From IMG/VR virus record IMGVR_UViG_3300020183_000007, positions 64,001 through 128,000 of that record: 64,000 bases of DNA; one strand, 5' to 3'. Of the stretch, positions 29,411 to 38,294 are shown piece after piece (within the stretch, counting starts at the first letter, position 1; each line of letters starts with the position of its first letter). The position numbers were made by a program, and so were the translations under genes. The notes under the pieces were generated by a model that was not told where the DNA came from, did no database searches, and saw nothing but the letters and a program-made list of their open reading frames with translations. This DNA is from a virus.

Positions 29411-30871
29411 ATGGCTACGAATCCTAAGTTGGATGAGCTGAATAAGCTTGGTTTACAGTATTTTGATAACTGGAAAGACTATGCTGCTGCTACGGCTAAC
29501 GCTTCTCCTGGTCAGGTTATTGGTGGTATAAATAAAAAGGGTAAGCTTGTTTTTTATCAGGGTGGTATTGGTGAGATAAACATTAAACAGGCTAAAGTTG
29601 AGTTGACTTCTTTAAGAAATGCCAATGCTCCTTCACAAGCGCCTGTTGCTGCTGTTTCTCAAACTGTGGCTTCTCAGCCTGCTAATACTCCTGTGTTGCA
29701 GGGTACAATTACTCAAACGCAGCCTTCTAGTAGTGCTGCTGCTGCTGGTGTTCAACAAAATGTTATTGATCCTCAACAGGTGAATCCGTCGACTAAAACA
29801 ATCGATGATGCTTTAAAAAATCCGAAAAGTAAAAGTACAAAAAAGGACACTACTTTAAAAACTGGTAAAAGGACGTCTGCTTCTATTGATCGTAGTGCAG
29901 CTATCATCAAGCTTGCCAATAATCCTGATGCTGAACAGGAAATGATGAGTATCATTTCTCGATCTGTTGGAATGAGAAAAGGTGCATCTGGCTATAGTAA
30001 GATAGTCAAATCTGCTAAAGGTACTTTAGGTAAGCCTAGTCCTGGTCCAAAGTCTAAACAAGGATATATTGATGCTGTAACTAATAGGGATTTCTTTATA
30101 GAAGAAGGAAGAGATAATACGAGCTCTTTGTTGCGTGCAAGGATTCAAGAAGAGAATCCTAACATAAGTAAAACAAAGTTAAGAAGTTTGGTAGCAAAAA
30201 AAATGTCAACTTACAGCGATGAAGCTCTTTTCAATATTGGCGAAGAGATGAACAGAGACTTAATACGGAATTATTACGTAGACACATATGCATATGAGGA
30301 ATTTGAACGTTTGGCTTCAATGACTTCAGAACAACGTTTACAAGTTTTTCAAGGTCAAAGAAGCAGGAACGTTGGTGGAAAAAGAGTTCCTATCAACAAT
30401 ATCTCTGATAGACAGGTTTTAGATTTATCCGCAACATATTTGAAACAATACGAAAGATTAGAGCTTGGTGACAGCAGAATCGTCGGCAAACTAGCAAAAG
30501 CCGGAGAAAAATTACGAGGAGGTATCGCTATGGGTGATATAAGCTATCATCCAGGATACTCTGCCATAGAATCATCGTTAGATGAAGCCTACATGCGCAG
30601 AATGGCTAATAAAGCTGCTGGCGTAGCCAGCGCAGCTGCAGACGACTCCGCTATGGTTGCCGCACAAATCTCTTCAGCGTTATCATCATCTGGGAACATG
30701 CTAGAAGACTCTGCCCAAGCCATCAACAAAGTCACTAGAAAAAAAGCTATCTCAGCGAAAACACTAGAAAAAATCATATCCTCACACAGCCTATCAGCTG
30801 GACTAGCAGCCGGAGGAGCAGCTCTACTATACGGACTCAATAAAAAACGAGGAGAAGAACAAGTAGGATAA
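29411..30871 (+). CDS. Hypothetical protein with C-terminal hydrophobic anchor (putative internal virion protein)
   Basis: 486 aa; ends LSAGLAAGGAALLYGLNKKR. Confidence 0.6.
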   Translation: MATNPKLDELNKLGLQYFDNWKDYAAATANASPGQVIGGINKKGKLVFYQGGIGEINIKQAKVELTSLRNANAPSQAPVAAVSQTVASQPANTPVLQGTITQTQPSSSAAAAGVQQNVIDPQQVNPSTKTIDDALKNPKSKSTKKDTTLKTGKRTSASIDRSAAIIKLANNPDAEQEMMSIISRSVGMRKGASGYSKIVKSAKGTLGKPSPGPKSKQGYIDAVTNRDFFIEEGRDNTSSLLRARIQEENPNISKTKLRSLVAKKMSTYSDEALFNIGEEMNRDLIRNYYVDTYAYEEFERLASMTSEQRLQVFQGQRSRNVGGKRVPINNISDRQVLDLSATYLKQYERLELGDSRIVGKLAKAGEKLRGGIAMGDISYHPGYSAIESSLDEAYMRRMANKAAGVASAAADDSAMVAAQISSALSSSGNMLEDSAQAINKVTRKKAISAKTLEKIISSHSLSAGLAAGGAALLYGLNKKRGEEQVG

Positions 30872-30901
30872 AATATAGTCATTCGCCGGTAAAAAATTTT
30901 T

Positions 30902-30942
30902 AAGGGGTAGGAGTAACAGTAACGTTGCTCCTACCCCTTTTG
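30902..30942. terminator. Bidirectional terminator between convergent genes
   Basis: AAGGGGTAGGAGTAAC...GTTGCTCCTACCCCTTT. Confidence 0.75.
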
Positions 30943-30969
30943 TTGTATTTAGAAACAGTAAAGAAAAAC

Positions 30970-31188
30970 TCAGTAGTCGTAACCAGACTCCCAGCCCATT
31001 TCTTCGTACAATTCATTGCTGGATACATAGGAATTATACTGATCTAGAACAGCAAACTCTACATTAGCTATACCGCCAAACTGATTAATCCATTGGAAAC
31101 AGTCCGGACAACGTACACTTAGCCCAATTAGTTCTTCGCTAATAATAAACTCCGAACCACAGTGTGGGCAATCCATATATGAACTCAT
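30970..31188 (-). CDS. Zn-ribbon protein
   Basis: CPHC...CPDC, acidic tail. Confidence 0.6.
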   Translation of the reverse strand: MSSYMDCPHCGSEFIISEELIGLSVRCPDCFQWINQFGGIANVEFAVLDQYNSYVSSNELYEEMGWESGYDY

Positions 31189-31607
31189 ATTTTATCCTTT
31201 GCTTTGTTAGGCATTGAGTGAGTGATGTTTGCCGGCGTCAATAACCGGACATGTAGAAATATAGCCATCCACAGCATTGCTTGCAACACATATGCGAATA
31301 ATATCCAAAAAATTTCTTGCGGGCGACTTTTACGATCAGAAACAACACTGATTTATATAAGATTATATAAGTTTAATAAGGGATAATATCAGGAAAAATT
31401 TATGGGGGGGAGATAATGAGTACATGTTGTGGCTTCAGACTTTTAACGAGGCCACCCCCCCATGGGGTATGTGCTTGCTAGGAACGACAATGAGCGGTCG
31501 TCCACTCCCTACAGTGGTGCAGGTATCCCGCATAAAAGGACAGCTCCGATGAACACGTTACCATCGTAAAAGAAATGTGTAGCCATGTTAATGAAAGGAT
31601 CATCAAC

Positions 31608-31901
31608 ATGATAACATGCATCAACGATGTCATCGGCAAGTATGCCGTTGACATGAACGGAAACACCCTTCCCTATCACAAGGAGGTGACCGGACTTTTT
31701 GTCGCCCACACGGGCACTGAAGTCTGGATCAAGTCTCCGAGTGGGGACAGCTCGGACGTGCTCATCTTCGGGCATGTACACGGCAACACCGGGTGGTTCG
31801 CCCGGGAGTTCGGTGGTCGCATGATCACCGTCAGGAGCCAGCGCAAGTGGGACTACCAGAACCAAATGTGGTACTGGTACAACACAGTCCACGCTGCCTG
31901 A
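31608..31901 (+). CDS. Hypothetical protein (first gene of GC-rich island)
   Basis: GAAAGGA RBS before ATG 31608; GC3-rich codons. Confidence 0.6.
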   Translation: MITCINDVIGKYAVDMNGNTLPYHKEVTGLFVAHTGTEVWIKSPSGDSSDVLIFGHVHGNTGWFAREFGGRMITVRSQRKWDYQNQMWYWYNTVHAA

Positions 31902-32026
31902 CAAAGCACCTGGTAGGGCAGGTGCACAAAGAGTTGTTCCCCTGGGATCTTCGGATCCTGGGGGAACTTCTTTTTTGAGGATAGGCATCCAGCCATGTCC
32001 ACTGCACCAAAGAAAGGAGGTGTGCA

Positions 32027-32119
32027 ATGTTGCAGATTCCGATGTACATCATCGGGATCAGCGTCATCCTCTTTGCACAGGTCACGTTTTTCGTGGATCT
32101 GTTCAAGAAGAAGGACTGA
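32027..32119 (+). CDS. 30-aa membrane peptide
   Basis: AAGGAGG RBS; MLQIPMYIIGISVILFAQVTFFVDLFKKKD. Confidence 0.6.
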   Translation: MLQIPMYIIGISVILFAQVTFFVDLFKKKD

Positions 32120-32312
32120 TCTGAAACTGCCACGACACGGGTGGCCAAGCAGTAGTGACGCTTGGGAACAGAATAATCACTAAAAGAAATTGGTTCCTTC
32201 GGGAATCTTTTTCTTTGAGGATAGGCCATTCTCCTCATCTGGCTGCCGGAAGTTAGGCATAAGACCAGCGTCCCTTGTCAGGATGTAAGTGCACCCAGCG
32301 TGCCTAAAAGAC

Positions 32313-32348
32313 TACGTAATAATCACGTCCGGTACGTTAAGCCGAGAC
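32313..32348 (+). ncRNA. Leader hairpin/pseudoknot motif, copy 1 of 5 (others 33397-33430, 35025-35058, 40957-40994, 42054-42091)
   Basis: GTYCGG-TACGTTAAG-CCG(A)GAC hairpin with upstream ACGT(A) complementary to the loop; always 10-25 nt before a start codon. Confidence 0.6.
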
Positions 32349-32371
32349 ACTTTCAGATTCAGGAGGAATCA

Positions 32372-32677
32372 ATGGGAGTAAAACTTCCTAGGTGCATCCG
32401 TGCGCGTCGGATCGGGCATTGGAGCTATGGCTCCGACACCTTTTTCGACGCGAACGGGAACAAGGCGCCGGTGACCTGGACCTGCAACTGCGGGTCCAGG
32501 ATCACCCTGGAGGTATACGACTGCCAGACCGGCGAGTACACCGACACCCCCAAGGAACTGCTGCAGGCGTTCCTGGCAGAGCACACGGCTTGTGTGGCCA
32601 TGTGCTACAACTGCCGAAAGGTGGAGGTGGAGCGCCAGGGATACTGGTGCAACGAGTGCGAGGCCGAGCACTACTGA
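32372..32677 (+). CDS. Cys-rich (Zn-binding) hypothetical protein
   Basis: AGGAGG RBS before ATG 32372 (the longer track start overlaps the leader motif); CNC, CYNC, CNEC. Confidence 0.65.
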   Translation: MGVKLPRCIRARRIGHWSYGSDTFFDANGNKAPVTWTCNCGSRITLEVYDCQTGEYTDTPKELLQAFLAEHTACVAMCYNCRKVEVERQGYWCNECEAEHY

Positions 32678-32801
32678 CATCCAGGCTGATGAGCCCAGCC
32701 TGAAGAAAAGAGGAGTTCTCTCCTACGCATCCAGCGTAGGGGGAACTTCTTCTTTTGACAATAGACCTGCGAACAGCAAGTAACAGGTCGGAAAGGAAGC
32801 C

Positions 32802-33242
32802 ATGAACGTCAATGCCATGAACCTTATCACCAAATACACAGGAGCCATCTCCATTGTTTGGGATGGTGAAGCGATTACTCAGGTAACCCTGGGTATCGGT
32901 ACCAAGCACCAGAGGACGGTCTCCAGGTCGTACCTGGAGGACGGTCAAATCATCTTCTCACGGGAAGATGCCCCTTCCGGGACCATCTGGCCCTTGAGCA
33001 GGCAAGAGCTGGAGGAGATCGCCCTCATGGGTGGCGTCGTGATGCTCCATGCCGATGACCTGTATCGGCTCGTTGTCCTCCCTGAGTGGTGGACGGTGGA
33101 GTGCGAAATGGCCATTGAGGGTGAATGCCCTGAGTGGCCATTAGCAGAAGAAGAGTCCCCCAAGTCCCTTGGGGAAGTAATGCTTGAAATGATCCAGAGG
33201 ATCATTGAGGAGGCAGACGATCCAGATCAATGGGACAAGTAA
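32802..33242 (+). CDS. Hypothetical acidic protein
   Basis: GAAAGGA RBS; flanked by cassette motif and terminator. Confidence 0.7.
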   Translation: MNVNAMNLITKYTGAISIVWDGEAITQVTLGIGTKHQRTVSRSYLEDGQIIFSREDAPSGTIWPLSRQELEEIALMGGVVMLHADDLYRLVVLPEWWTVECEMAIEGECPEWPLAEEESPKSLGEVMLEMIQRIIEEADDPDQWDK

Positions 33243-33451
33243 TGCTGAAACCCCGGGGGTCGAAAGGTCCTCGGGGAATCTTTTTCTTTGAGGATAGGCC
33301 ATTCTCCTCTACGCAGAGCCTGAGCGTATAATAAATCATGGGTGACGCAGCAGGAGCTAAATGCCTGACAGGTTATCTTACCTTGACAAAAGAGAAACGT
33401 AATCATCATGTTCGGTACGTTAAGCCGGACAACAAATGATTCGGAGGAATC

Positions 33452-34027
33452 ATGAACGAGTTCTTGTTCAAGGTCTTCGTGGTCTTTCTGACCACGCAGA
33501 CCAACCTAGCACGGGCCCCCTGGGCCAAGTGGCTAGGCCACTGCTGGGGGGAGACCACCCAGCACATCGTATACTACTTCGTCACGGGCAAGCACATGTG
33601 CTGCCCCTGGCGGGAAGTCCCACCGGTCGCATGTGGGCATGCGCCCACCTGCGACGAGTATTACTACCAGGCGCTGGACCTGGAGGTGGCCATGGAGGCC
33701 GCTTTCAAGTCCGGTGCCCTAGAAGAGTACACCTACGACAGCCTGATGGCTGCTCTAAGTGACCAGTACCTGGTGCTGAAATGCGCCAAGTTCTGGTTGG
33801 ACAAACAGGGCACCATCGCCGGTTTTCCGGCCATGGCCGCCCTGAACGAATTTTTGGAGGATAACAACATGATCCTCCGGGATAATGGCGGACTGATGTC
33901 GGGTGCCCCCCAGCATCAGTACGCCAAGAAGACATTGGTCTTCTCCTCGGACAAGGCGTTCGAGGAGGAGGCCAAGCTGTGGCTGAAGATCCACAGCGCG
34001 CAACTTAGGGGCTTCAACAACAGCTGA
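33452..34027 (+). CDS. Hypothetical protein
   Basis: GGAGG RBS; 191 aa; cassette context. Confidence 0.7.
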   Translation: MNEFLFKVFVVFLTTQTNLARAPWAKWLGHCWGETTQHIVYYFVTGKHMCCPWREVPPVACGHAPTCDEYYYQALDLEVAMEAAFKSGALEEYTYDSLMAALSDQYLVLKCAKFWLDKQGTIAGFPAMAALNEFLEDNNMILRDNGGLMSGAPQHQYAKKTLVFSSDKAFEEEAKLWLKIHSAQLRGFNNS

Positions 34028-34147
34028 CCCAGAAAGGCTGATGAGCCCAGCCTGAAGAAGAGAGGAGTTCTCTCCTACGCAACCAGCGTAGGGGGAACTT
34101 CTTCTTTTGACAATAGACTTCTGAAACCAAAGTAAGAGGTCGGAAAG

Positions 34148-34474
34148 GTGACCATGTTGGTCAATCTCACCCCCCACCAGATCACTCTGGTGGATGACCT
34201 GGGTAACATTATCCAGGTTGTTGAGCCGGAGGCAACTTCGGCTCGGTGCTCCTCGGAGCGCCAATTCGCCTTCGAGGCGGACAGCATCCGGGTCAACCGG
34301 ACTATGTTCGGAGAGGTTTCAGGCCTCCCGGACGAGGTAAACGGGACGTGGTACATCGTGTCACGTATCGTTGCCGAAGCGTCGGGCCGGTCGGACCTGA
34401 TCATCCCGGATGAAACAGTTCGGAATGCCGAAGGACAGATTATCGGCTGCAAGTCGTTCGCGACTTTGGGCTGA
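34148..34474 (+). CDS. NLTPH-motif small protein (candidate Crn4-like ring nuclease)
   Basis: VNLTPH...LP...YIVSRIVA...RSDLIIP...VRNAEGQIIGCKSF family signature. Confidence 0.55.
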   Translation: MTMLVNLTPHQITLVDDLGNIIQVVEPEATSARCSSERQFAFEADSIRVNRTMFGEVSGLPDEVNGTWYIVSRIVAEASGRSDLIIPDETVRNAEGQIIGCKSFATLG

Positions 34475-34512
34475 TCTGATGTCAAACAACAATTCACCGA
34501 AAGGAGGTGAAC

Positions 34513-34785
34513 ATGAAGAAGCATCCAAAGCGGGTGTACGTCTTTAGGCGTGCGCTCGTTCTGGTCCTGGCAGTTTTCTTTGCTGCAGCGGCCTACGGAA
34601 TGTACGAAGAGCTTACGGGCCCTTCGTACGAGTGCGAGCAAGCACCCGTGGTCGTTGGGCAGGGAGACACTCTCTGGAGGATCGCTGAAAAGCGATGCGA
34701 CGGAGATTTGCTGGAGGTCCGGTACAAGCTGGTGAAGTCCTACGGGACTAATATCCGGCCTGGACAGGTCATTCAGCTGCCCTGA
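34513..34785 (+). CDS. Membrane-anchored LysM protein
   Basis: Basic N-terminus + TM helix, VVGQGDTLWRIAEK...IRPGQVIQLP. Confidence 0.85.
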   Translation: MKKHPKRVYVFRRALVLVLAVFFAAAAYGMYEELTGPSYECEQAPVVVGQGDTLWRIAEKRCDGDLLEVRYKLVKSYGTNIRPGQVIQLP

Positions 34786-34801
34786 GACCAGAGCCTACTG
34801 T

Positions 34802-34928
34802 GCACCTACAGACAACGATGATCTGTAGGGTGTAGCGGGGTTTTGCACCCTGGGAACAGAAGCGGGGGGGTCGGCAGTGGGCCGGCTCCCTGTTCTGTTT
34901 GAGGAAATCTCTTTTTTGAGGATAGACC
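34802..34928 (+). ncRNA. 127-nt structured element, copy 1 (copy 2 at 40079-40205)
   Basis: Three hairpins; differences between copies fall in loops or convert A-U to G-U. Confidence 0.55.
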
Positions 34929-35080
34929 ATTGTCCTTAGCGCAGAACCTGAGCGCTATATAAATCATGGGTGACGCAGCAGGAGCTAAATGCCTGACAGG
35001 TTATCTTACCTTGACAAAAGAGAAACGTAATCATTATGTTCGGTACGTTAAGCCGGACAACAAACGTTCACGGAGGAATC

Positions 35081-35347
35081 ATGAACGTAAACAAGAACAA
35101 GATCACCCTCGTGGTGACAGCAATCATCTGTGTGCTCCTCGTTCTGGAGCCCACCAGTGAGCTGACGGTGGGGATCATCTCCCTGCCGATCAAGGCCTTC
35201 TTCACGATCCTGGGCTTCGGCTTCGGCCTCGTGAACTGGCCCATGCTCACAGTCGTTGTGATTGGAGCGGGAATCGCCTTCGTGGCGAAAACCCGTACGG
35301 TCGATTGGACCGTCGTTAAGAGCTTCTTCCGCTCGGAAGAAAGCTGA
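35081..35347 (+). CDS. Small membrane protein
   Basis: GGAGG RBS; 2-3 hydrophobic helices. Confidence 0.7.
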   Translation: MNVNKNKITLVVTAIICVLLVLEPTSELTVGIISLPIKAFFTILGFGFGLVNWPMLTVVVIGAGIAFVAKTRTVDWTVVKSFFRSEES

Positions 35348-35480
35348 CTATACCTGGTGATGAGTCCACCAGATGAGCAATGGGATTGTTTTCCCCGGGG
35401 ATCGAAAGGTCCTCGGGGAAACTTTCTTTTTTACCAATAGGCCCCCGAACAACCGAAGGGGTCGGAAAGAGAGGAAGGTA

Positions 35481-35663
35481 ATGAACATCAAGGGCGTGGA
35501 GGTCCTCTCGTACGAGGAGTACGAGGGTATGCTCCATAAGGTGGTGACACGATACAAGGTCGTGGGCACGACCTTCGGGTTCAACCGCTTTCAGGCGGGC
35601 CCCTTCCAGACGAAGGGAGAGGCAGAGAAGTTCGCAGCTCTTCTGACTCTTCTGAGGGGCTGA
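35481..35663 (+). CDS. Hypothetical protein (60 aa)
   Basis: GAGGAAGG RBS before ATG 35481. Confidence 0.6.
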   Translation: MNIKGVEVLSYEEYEGMLHKVVTRYKVVGTTFGFNRFQAGPFQTKGEAEKFAALLTLLRG

Positions 35664-35825
35664 CGAACTTTGTGGGGCACCGTCTTACCCGGCGCATCTG
35701 CTTAGACGGGTCATAGGGCAAGGATAGTTTTCCCCCGGGGTCTTAACGGACCCTGGGGGAAACTTTCTTTTTTACCAATAGGCCCCCGAACAACCGAAGG
35801 GGTCGGAAAGAAAGGAGAAATCCGC

Positions 35826-36203
35826 ATGAAAGTTGTAACATGGTTGTCGTCCACGATGGACCCAACCAAGGGAGTAGCTCCCGGTAAGTGCGTATTCACC
35901 GGTGAGTACCCAGGGGTGTTTTGTGTCCCCTTCGTAGAAGATGGGACGCCTGGAAAGGCACTCAATGATTTCTGGCACTCACCCCGGTATGCCAGAGATC
36001 TTCAAGTGATCCTTGAAGTTCCAGTGGAAAATCTCTTCTTCCGGCTCATGGGCCAAGAGAAGCCACTTCCGATTTACAAGGACGGACGAGTGGCCATCAA
36101 TCTCATCATCAATAAGTGTTTTGATGATGATAATGCAATAATCATCAAGAACTTCGATCCTGCGTGGATCGTTTCTATCAGAAAGGAAGAAAACAATGGA
36201 TAA
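35826..36203 (+). CDS. Hypothetical protein
   Basis: AAGGAG RBS; overlaps the next gene. Confidence 0.65.
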   Translation: MKVVTWLSSTMDPTKGVAPGKCVFTGEYPGVFCVPFVEDGTPGKALNDFWHSPRYARDLQVILEVPVENLFFRLMGQEKPLPIYKDGRVAINLIINKCFDDDNAIIIKNFDPAWIVSIRKEENNG

Positions 36204-37680
36204 CTACTCAGAGGGATGGAAGGCCCTCAAGGAGTTTGAGCAGAAGTTCTGCTCTGTCATGGCCTCCGAGGTCGAAATGTCGATCCGGGAGGGAGATTCT
36301 GAGGTAGTTGGCTCAGAATTGGTTTACAACCACTCCTACATGCCCATCCCCCAATACAGGAACGGAAGGGTGAGGGCCAACTTTGAGATGGGTGATAAAC
36401 TTCACCTGGTCCACCAGAGGCTGGAAACGCCCGGAAAGGGCAGGGTCAAGTGGGCTCTGCGAAGCTTCCACAGTATCCTCGAATGCGAGGATGGGCGCTA
36501 CATGCCCAAGAGTCGGTACCTGAAGGAAGTCAAATTCGCAGTCAATCCAACAGAGGATGGCTACCGATTTCAGATCCTGAAGACACAGGGTGGCAAAACT
36601 CGCGTTTACTGGGGGTATAACACCATTCATTCAGGACTCCTGCAAGAATTTGTCCATATCTCACTGCGAACAGCGGCAACGAAACTCATTGGTCAATATA
36701 TGGATCCGCAAAGGATTCATGCAGTGTTGCAGTGGTTTTCCTACGAACAAACAAAGTATCCCGAGTACTTTGCTAGTGACAACCCTGCGAGTCGTCAATC
36801 GCAAGAATTGCAACTTGGCGGACCGGGATGGTCCCGTATCCTGACCGGTAAGACCGGCGCAAAGGACATCCTGAACGGGATCTATGACCCCAAGGGTATC
36901 AGAAGGATTCCTAAGAATGCCTTCGGTGGCGTCGGGGAAATCAGGACTTTGGACCGTTTAGCCAAAGCGGTTTTCATGACTCGTGCGCTGCGCAGTCTTG
37001 ATCCGCACACCTTTGGCGAAGTTAGTAGTGTATGGCCAGACAGACCGATAAATTATAAGTATGAGGGATCATTTGAGAAGGCCGACAAGATTGATTGGCT
37101 TGTCAATAAACTTCCGAAACTCATTTCTGTAAAGAACATTCAGGAATGTCAGACTCCATATACATACATGGAAGACACAGTCAGGATGCTCAAGCAAATG
37201 CCACGAACACTGCGTTCTGCATGTTTGACTGAGATCCGCAGAAATGCAGCTAGAGGCATTGAATGGGCACACGACTTTGTCGCAACTGAACATGCAAAAG
37301 TTGGGAAAGAGAACAAGGACATCAATGTCAGTGCACTCAGTAAGTTTGAGGGAACTGTCAATGATGACATTGCGTGTGTAGTTCCCAAGTGCACTCACGA
37401 TTTGGTTCAGTGGGGCGCTGAGTACAACATTTGCATTGGCTCATATGCAGATGAAGTTTACAATGGCAGTACTTACTGCATGGGGTTCCAGAATCCCCAG
37501 ACTAAGACCTTTTATGGTTTTGCACAGGTCAACCCGTGGGACGGACATCTTCTCCAGCTATTGGGTAAGCACAACAACCATCTTCCTGATGTGGAGAGGC
37601 TTGCAATTGAGCGTTACCTGGTAACGCTTGGTGTCAATGTTGATAATTACTGGGGCAAGCCCCTTGTTGCACTTAACTAA
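36196..37680 (+). CDS. PcfJ-like domain protein, paralog 1
   Basis: C-terminal DLVQWGAEYNICIGSY...G...FAQV...QLLGKHN motif. Confidence 0.65.
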   Translation: MDNYSEGWKALKEFEQKFCSVMASEVEMSIREGDSEVVGSELVYNHSYMPIPQYRNGRVRANFEMGDKLHLVHQRLETPGKGRVKWALRSFHSILECEDGRYMPKSRYLKEVKFAVNPTEDGYRFQILKTQGGKTRVYWGYNTIHSGLLQEFVHISLRTAATKLIGQYMDPQRIHAVLQWFSYEQTKYPEYFASDNPASRQSQELQLGGPGWSRILTGKTGAKDILNGIYDPKGIRRIPKNAFGGVGEIRTLDRLAKAVFMTRALRSLDPHTFGEVSSVWPDRPINYKYEGSFEKADKIDWLVNKLPKLISVKNIQECQTPYTYMEDTVRMLKQMPRTLRSACLTEIRRNAARGIEWAHDFVATEHAKVGKENKDINVSALSKFEGTVNDDIACVVPKCTHDLVQWGAEYNICIGSYADEVYNGSTYCMGFQNPQTKTFYGFAQVNPWDGHLLQLLGKHNNHLPDVERLAIERYLVTLGVNVDNYWGKPLVALN

Positions 37681-37688
37681 GTCTGGCA

Positions 37689-37740
37689 GCCCCTACCCCT
37701 TAACTGGGGAGGCATAGTGGTTCGATTCCACATAGGGGCA
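37689..37740 (+). ncRNA. Anticodon-arm-less tRNA-like element (52 nt)
   Basis: Acceptor GCCCCTA/TAGGGGC + A73, D-arm CCTT-AACTGGG-GAGG, T-arm GTGG-TTCGATT-CCAC; only 3-4 nt where the anticodon arm should be. Confidence 0.65.
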
Positions 37741-37781
37741 CTGTTCGCAATCCCGCGGACTATAACATGATTGGAGAAATC

Positions 37782-38117
37782 ATGAAGAAGAAAGTTGAGT
37801 GGTGCGGATGCATGGACGTCCGTTCACCGAAAGAAGGGTTCAAGGACATCTTCTCGAAAGAGTTGGTGGACGGGAAACCACGAGGTGAACTTTGGGAGCT
37901 GATGGAAGTGAAGAGTTGGGAAGAGTTCAAGGATGAACTCTCCGACATTTCCTGGGGAATTGGCCGAATCATTGGCGGATTCCGTGGCAAGGCGTACGTG
38001 CGTGTGCCTGGGGATCGAATTCACTACGAGAAGGTTGTGAACCGAATTGAGGATTATGGCTGCATCCGCAGCAAGAGGTTCTTGATTGACGGACACTGCC
38101 CGAACGAGGGTAAGTAA
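37782..38117 (+). CDS. Hypothetical protein
   Basis: GGAG RBS before ATG 37782. Confidence 0.6.
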   Translation: MKKKVEWCGCMDVRSPKEGFKDIFSKELVDGKPRGELWELMEVKSWEEFKDELSDISWGIGRIIGGFRGKAYVRVPGDRIHYEKVVNRIEDYGCIRSKRFLIDGHCPNEGK

Positions 38118-38294
38118 AGAAAGAAAGGTGGCCCCGGGGAATTCGCCTCGGGGCCTTTGACTGAAAGGAGAACAGTAAGACGAACTACCGTACTGATCAG
38201 AAAAAAGGGGTCTGTTCCCGGGGAGAAATCCCTGGGAACTTTCTTTTTTGAGGTTAGACCTCTGAAACCAAAGTAAGAGGTCGGAAAGGTCGTC

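Noticed and set aside
34879-34890. Self-target of TIGR spacer gagccggc (reverse complement GCCGGCTC here and at ~40158)
   Set aside because: A single 8-mer match is expected by chance in 64 kb, and the partner spacer does not match adjacently.
32682-35372. Hammerhead ribozymes suggested by CTGATGA
   Set aside because: No stem II closed by GAAA and no stems I/III. The motif straddles the stem and loop of a simple hairpin.
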